From: a virus
Strand: one strand, 5' to 3'
IMG/VR virus record: IMGVR_UViG_3300044492_000037
Coordinates: 1-43,986 of that record
Length of the DNA stretch: 43,986 nucleotides
Position 1 is the first letter of the stretch. The number at the start of each line of letters is the position of its first letter. The position numbers and the translations under genes were made by a program. Under the pieces are notes generated by a model, which saw only the letters and a list, made by a program, of their open reading frames with translations, did no database searches and had not been told where the DNA came from. Below, piece after piece: positions 42,154 through 43,986 of the stretch.

Positions 42154-42186
42154 CGCCCGGCAGGGAGGGCCTCCTCTGCCGGGCGC
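42154..42186. terminator. Strong hairpin between convergent transcription units (end of the rightward operon and end of the late operon)
   Basis: cgcccggcag (42154-42163) pairs with ctgccgggcg (42177-42186). The loop has extra GGAGG/CCTCC pairing. On the minus strand it is followed by TTAGTCTTTAT. Confidence 0.7.
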
Positions 42187-42236
42187 TTACTCTGGGACAC
42201 AACGCTGACGCACTTCGTCTGCCCTTGCATCGTCCA

Positions 42237-42359
42237 TCACAACGAAGCGCCGCGAACATAGCTGTCCGGCGGCAGCGAGACAAGGTACGAGAACGCCCAG
42301 ATAAATGCGGTAATGACGAGAACGGCGACGATTGAGATCGCTAGATCACGTCTCGTCAT
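42237..42359 (-). CDS. Possible 40-aa single-pass membrane peptide, last ORF of the late operon
   Basis: MTRRDLAISIVAVLVITAFIWAFSYLVSLPPDSYVRGASL. The ATG at 42357-42359 lies inside the 3-prime end of the preceding gene. It is not in the ORF track (<60 aa). Confidence 0.4.
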   Translation of the reverse strand: MTRRDLAISIVAVLVITAFIWAFSYLVSLPPDSYVRGASL

Positions 42360-42513
42360 CTTCGTCGTCCTGCATCAGGACGCCCACGCCGTTGATAGTG
42401 ATCTGCACGTCCACACCATCCGGCACTGTCAGCGCCACCTCGATGCGCGGCACCAGCGGCTTCACCACGCTCTCGTCCGGCATGTGAAAGACATCCTGCG
42501 GCGGCTTTGCCAT
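42346..42513 (-). CDS. Small acidic protein (55 aa)
   Basis: ATG at 42511-42513 (MAKPPQDVFHMPDES...QDDEDDET) is preceded by AGGAGATGAC. The track start at 42594 overlaps the lipoprotein ORF. Confidence 0.5.
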   Translation of the reverse strand: MAKPPQDVFHMPDESVVKPLVPRIEVALTVPDGVDVQITINGVGVLMQDDEDDET

Positions 42514-42514
42514 G

Positions 42515-42691
42515 TCATCTCCTGACGGTGCAGCGTTCCATTTGGATAAGGTTTCGCGCCAGTGCGCGGCAGGCGGTTTCGGCATTGAGGGCATCGATCT
42601 CGTAGCGAGTGTAGTAGGCAGGGCGCTCGGTCACCACGATGCATCCCGACAGCAGGATGGCGAGCAGCGCCAGGGCGATGGCGTTAGGCAT
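42515..42691 (-). CDS. Lipoprotein (58 aa), o-spanin-like candidate; absent from the ORF track
   Basis: Hand translation: MPNAIALALLAILLSGCIVVTERPAYYTRYEIDALNAETACRALARNLIQMERCTVRR. The lipobox is LLSG|C. The ATG at 42689-42691 overlaps the upstream stop (ATGCCTAA). Confidence 0.6.
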   Translation of the reverse strand: MPNAIALALLAILLSGCIVVTERPAYYTRYEIDALNAETACRALARNLIQMERCTVRR

Positions 42692-42857
42692 GGATCACAA
42701 ACCCGAAAGCATGCCAGCCAAGTAGAAACAGCAGCACGAAAAACAGCAAGTTGCTGGCGTGGACAGCCCACGGGAATTGTCCCGGCGAGTAGGTGTTGGT
42801 GACCCAGCTAAAGAACCACAGCACCATCAGAACCCAAAACAATAAACCTATCGACAT
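42684..42857 (-). CDS. Two-TM small membrane protein (57 aa), holin-like candidate
   Basis: ATG at 42855-42857 follows GAGGAGCTAGCC. Sequence: MSIGLLFWVLMVLWFFSWV...NLLFFVLLFLLGWHAFGFVIHA. Confidence 0.6.
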   Translation of the reverse strand: MSIGLLFWVLMVLWFFSWVTNTYSPGQFPWAVHASNLLFFVLLFLLGWHAFGFVIHA

Positions 42858-42859
42858 GG

Positions 42860-43060
42860 CTAGCTCCTCTTGCAAGCCTGGATGAGCTGCGTGATTAGCT
42901 CGCTGTTGGCTTTGTCACGCGCACTGGCGTTCGACGCCACGTCTGACATCAGCATTGTAACAAAAACCAGAAAGGCGATGTTGACCATCAACAACGCAAT
43001 AGCAATCGGATGCCCGGTCATCGAGGCGACGGCAGCCTTCAGGGCTTCGCCAATCGGCAT
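42860..43060 (-). CDS. Single-TM small membrane protein (66 aa), holin/antiholin or i-spanin-like candidate
   Basis: ATG at 43058-43060 overlaps the upstream stop (TGATG). Sequence: MPIGEALKAAVASMTGHPIAIALLMVNIAFLVFVTMLMSDVASNASARDKANSELITQLIQACKRS. The 292-aa track ORF in this frame is Arg-rich junk upstream of this Met. Confidence 0.6.
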   Translation of the reverse strand: MPIGEALKAAVASMTGHPIAIALLMVNIAFLVFVTMLMSDVASNASARDKANSELITQLIQACKRS

Positions 43061-43845
43061 CACGCTAGGCCACCTCTGATGTCGGCGTTGTGCGCGCCCG
43101 TGTACACGAACTCGTTTCTGGTGCCGTCCCAATTGCCAAACGAGCAATTGCCCCAGCCGTACACGGCCCAGCCTGCCGGGCCGCCCGCGAAATCGTAGTA
43201 GTAGCCGGGTGCGTTGCTGTAGGCAGTCGTACCGGCTTGGCCTGGGCCACCGCCGTCGCCAATCTTGCAGTTGGGGTCCAGTGTGGTGCGGAAGCCGGTG
43301 CCGCCGTTCTCGGTCGTGCCGTCCTGGCCCATGATCCACCAGCCGTCCCCAGGCGGTCCTGGCCCACCGGCAGGGCCTGGGGTGTAGCCGCAGCCGCCGC
43401 CGCCGTTGAATTGTGTGCCGCCGTTTATGAGCTGCGAGTTGCCGCCGCCACCGCCGCCGCCAAAGATCTGCGCGCCGTTGGTGACCATGTTCATGCCACG
43501 GTCCATGTAGATGGCGCCGCCGCCACCCAGGCCGCCGTTGCTGTTGGTGCCGCCGCCCTGGCCGCCTGCGCCCTGGATGCGGCCCTGGATCATCAGCGTC
43601 ACCGTTGCGGTCGCTGGTTGATCTCCCCAGCCGCCCGGCTGCAACGCCCAGGCGCCGGTCGATGACGCGCCAATGTAAACGCCTGGATTGATGACAAACA
43701 GGATCGTGTCTTGCGGCGCAATGGTTGGGCCATACCAAGCATTGAAAGTGGCGCGTAGATTTACGTCAAAGGCGTTGCCGGTCCACGTCACAACCTTTGG
43801 CGGCGGCTTCACACCACCTGTTACTTTGAGAAGGCCAGGGATCAT
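43060..43845 (-). CDS. Glycine-rich distal tail fibre / receptor-binding protein (261 aa)
   Basis: I prefer the ATG at 43843-45 (MIPGLLKVTGG...); the track start at 43857 is TTG. Gly-rich runs read GAGGQGGGTNSNGGLGGGG...FGGGGGGGNS...NGGGGCGYTPGPAGGPGPPGDGWW. Confidence 0.7.
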   Translation of the reverse strand: MIPGLLKVTGGVKPPPKVVTWTGNAFDVNLRATFNAWYGPTIAPQDTILFVINPGVYIGASSTGAWALQPGGWGDQPATATVTLMIQGRIQGAGGQGGGTNSNGGLGGGGAIYMDRGMNMVTNGAQIFGGGGGGGNSQLINGGTQFNGGGGCGYTPGPAGGPGPPGDGWWIMGQDGTTENGGTGFRTTLDPNCKIGDGGGPGQAGTTAYSNAPGYYYDFAGGPAGWAVYGWGNCSFGNWDGTRNEFVYTGAHNADIRGGLA

Positions 43846-43849
43846 CGGC

Positions 43850-43986
43850 TCATCCAAAGTTGGGGGAGTAGACGCAGAAAATAAAATCTGACGAGTAGAC
43901 CCAGTAAGATATCAAGTCGCTGCCGCCGCTATGCACCGGCTTGACGCCAGCGTTGGGAAACTTCCAAGCCGTTCCCCAGTAGGTGA
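43850..43986 (-). CDS. 3-prime end of the junction-spanning tail fibre gene (same gene as 1-1100; 43860-43986 duplicates 1-127)
   Basis: The reading frame continues ...CVYSPNFG, with TGA at 43850-43852. Confidence 0.8.
   Translation of the reverse strand, partial: TYWGTAWKFPNAGVKPVHSGGSDLISYWVYSSDFIFCVYSPNFG
43860..43986. repeat. Terminal direct repeat, copy 2 of 2 (identical to 1-127)
   Basis: See copy 1. Confidence 0.97.

Noticed and set aside
42860-43738. 292-aa minus-strand ORF overlapping the Gly-rich fibre gene in another frame
   Set aside because: The first ~226 residues are Arg/His/Pro-rich nonsense. Only the last 66 aa, from the Met at 43060, look like a real membrane protein, and that Met overlaps the stop of the fibre gene.
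1-43986. tRNA, rRNA or other structured RNA genes
   Set aside because: The intergenic space is tiny. The few gaps are occupied by promoters, hairpin terminators or iterons, and nothing resembles a cloverleaf. This was not verified with tRNAscan or Infernal.

Overview
The window is one complete, circularly closed dsDNA phage genome. Bases 1-127 are repeated exactly at 43860-43986, so the unique length is 43,859 bp. It is GC-rich, has podovirus-like content (no tape-measure or tail-tube genes), and carries no integrase, DNA polymerase, tRNA or CRISPR array that I can see. A GcrA homologue and a VPLPA-CTERM sorting signal point to an alphaproteobacterial host.

Layout:
- One leftward late operon of about 29 kb runs from 27230 down to base 1 and wraps to 43859-42237. 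It encodes TerS-like protein, TerL, portal, two Ig-like proteins, scaffold, major capsid, several tail fibres, a GNAT-like protein, three low-complexity virion proteins (one with an M15 peptidase domain, one with an S74 chaperone domain), and a terminal cluster of tiny membrane and lipoprotein genes.
- A leftward early/middle module (38529 to 29217) encodes a Cro-like protein, GcrA, a 529-aa orphan, RuvC, a RecB-like nuclease, an SSB-like protein and a primase-helicase.
- Two short rightward operons lie at 28225-29455 and 38615-42146.

The ORF track misses one 369-aa tail-fibre gene that spans the circular junction and several ORFs under 60 aa. It also over-extends many starts, because it accepts GTG/TTG codons that lie upstream of stop-start overlaps (TGATG/ATGA).

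Most interesting points:
- A secreted VPLPA-CTERM (exosortase-type) protein sits in a cassette bracketed by terminators.
- A mirrored divergent promoter/operator switch reuses its TTGACAGCC promoter at two other sites.
- Three hairpin terminators sit directly in front of ribosome-binding sites with no promoter between, which suggests antitermination.
- An iteron-like AT-rich array lies next to the primase-helicase gene.
- The lysis-like cassette has no adjacent endolysin.
- A possible Acb2/Tad1-like sponge lies between TerS and TerL.

All domain calls rest on motif recognition by eye. No searches were run.
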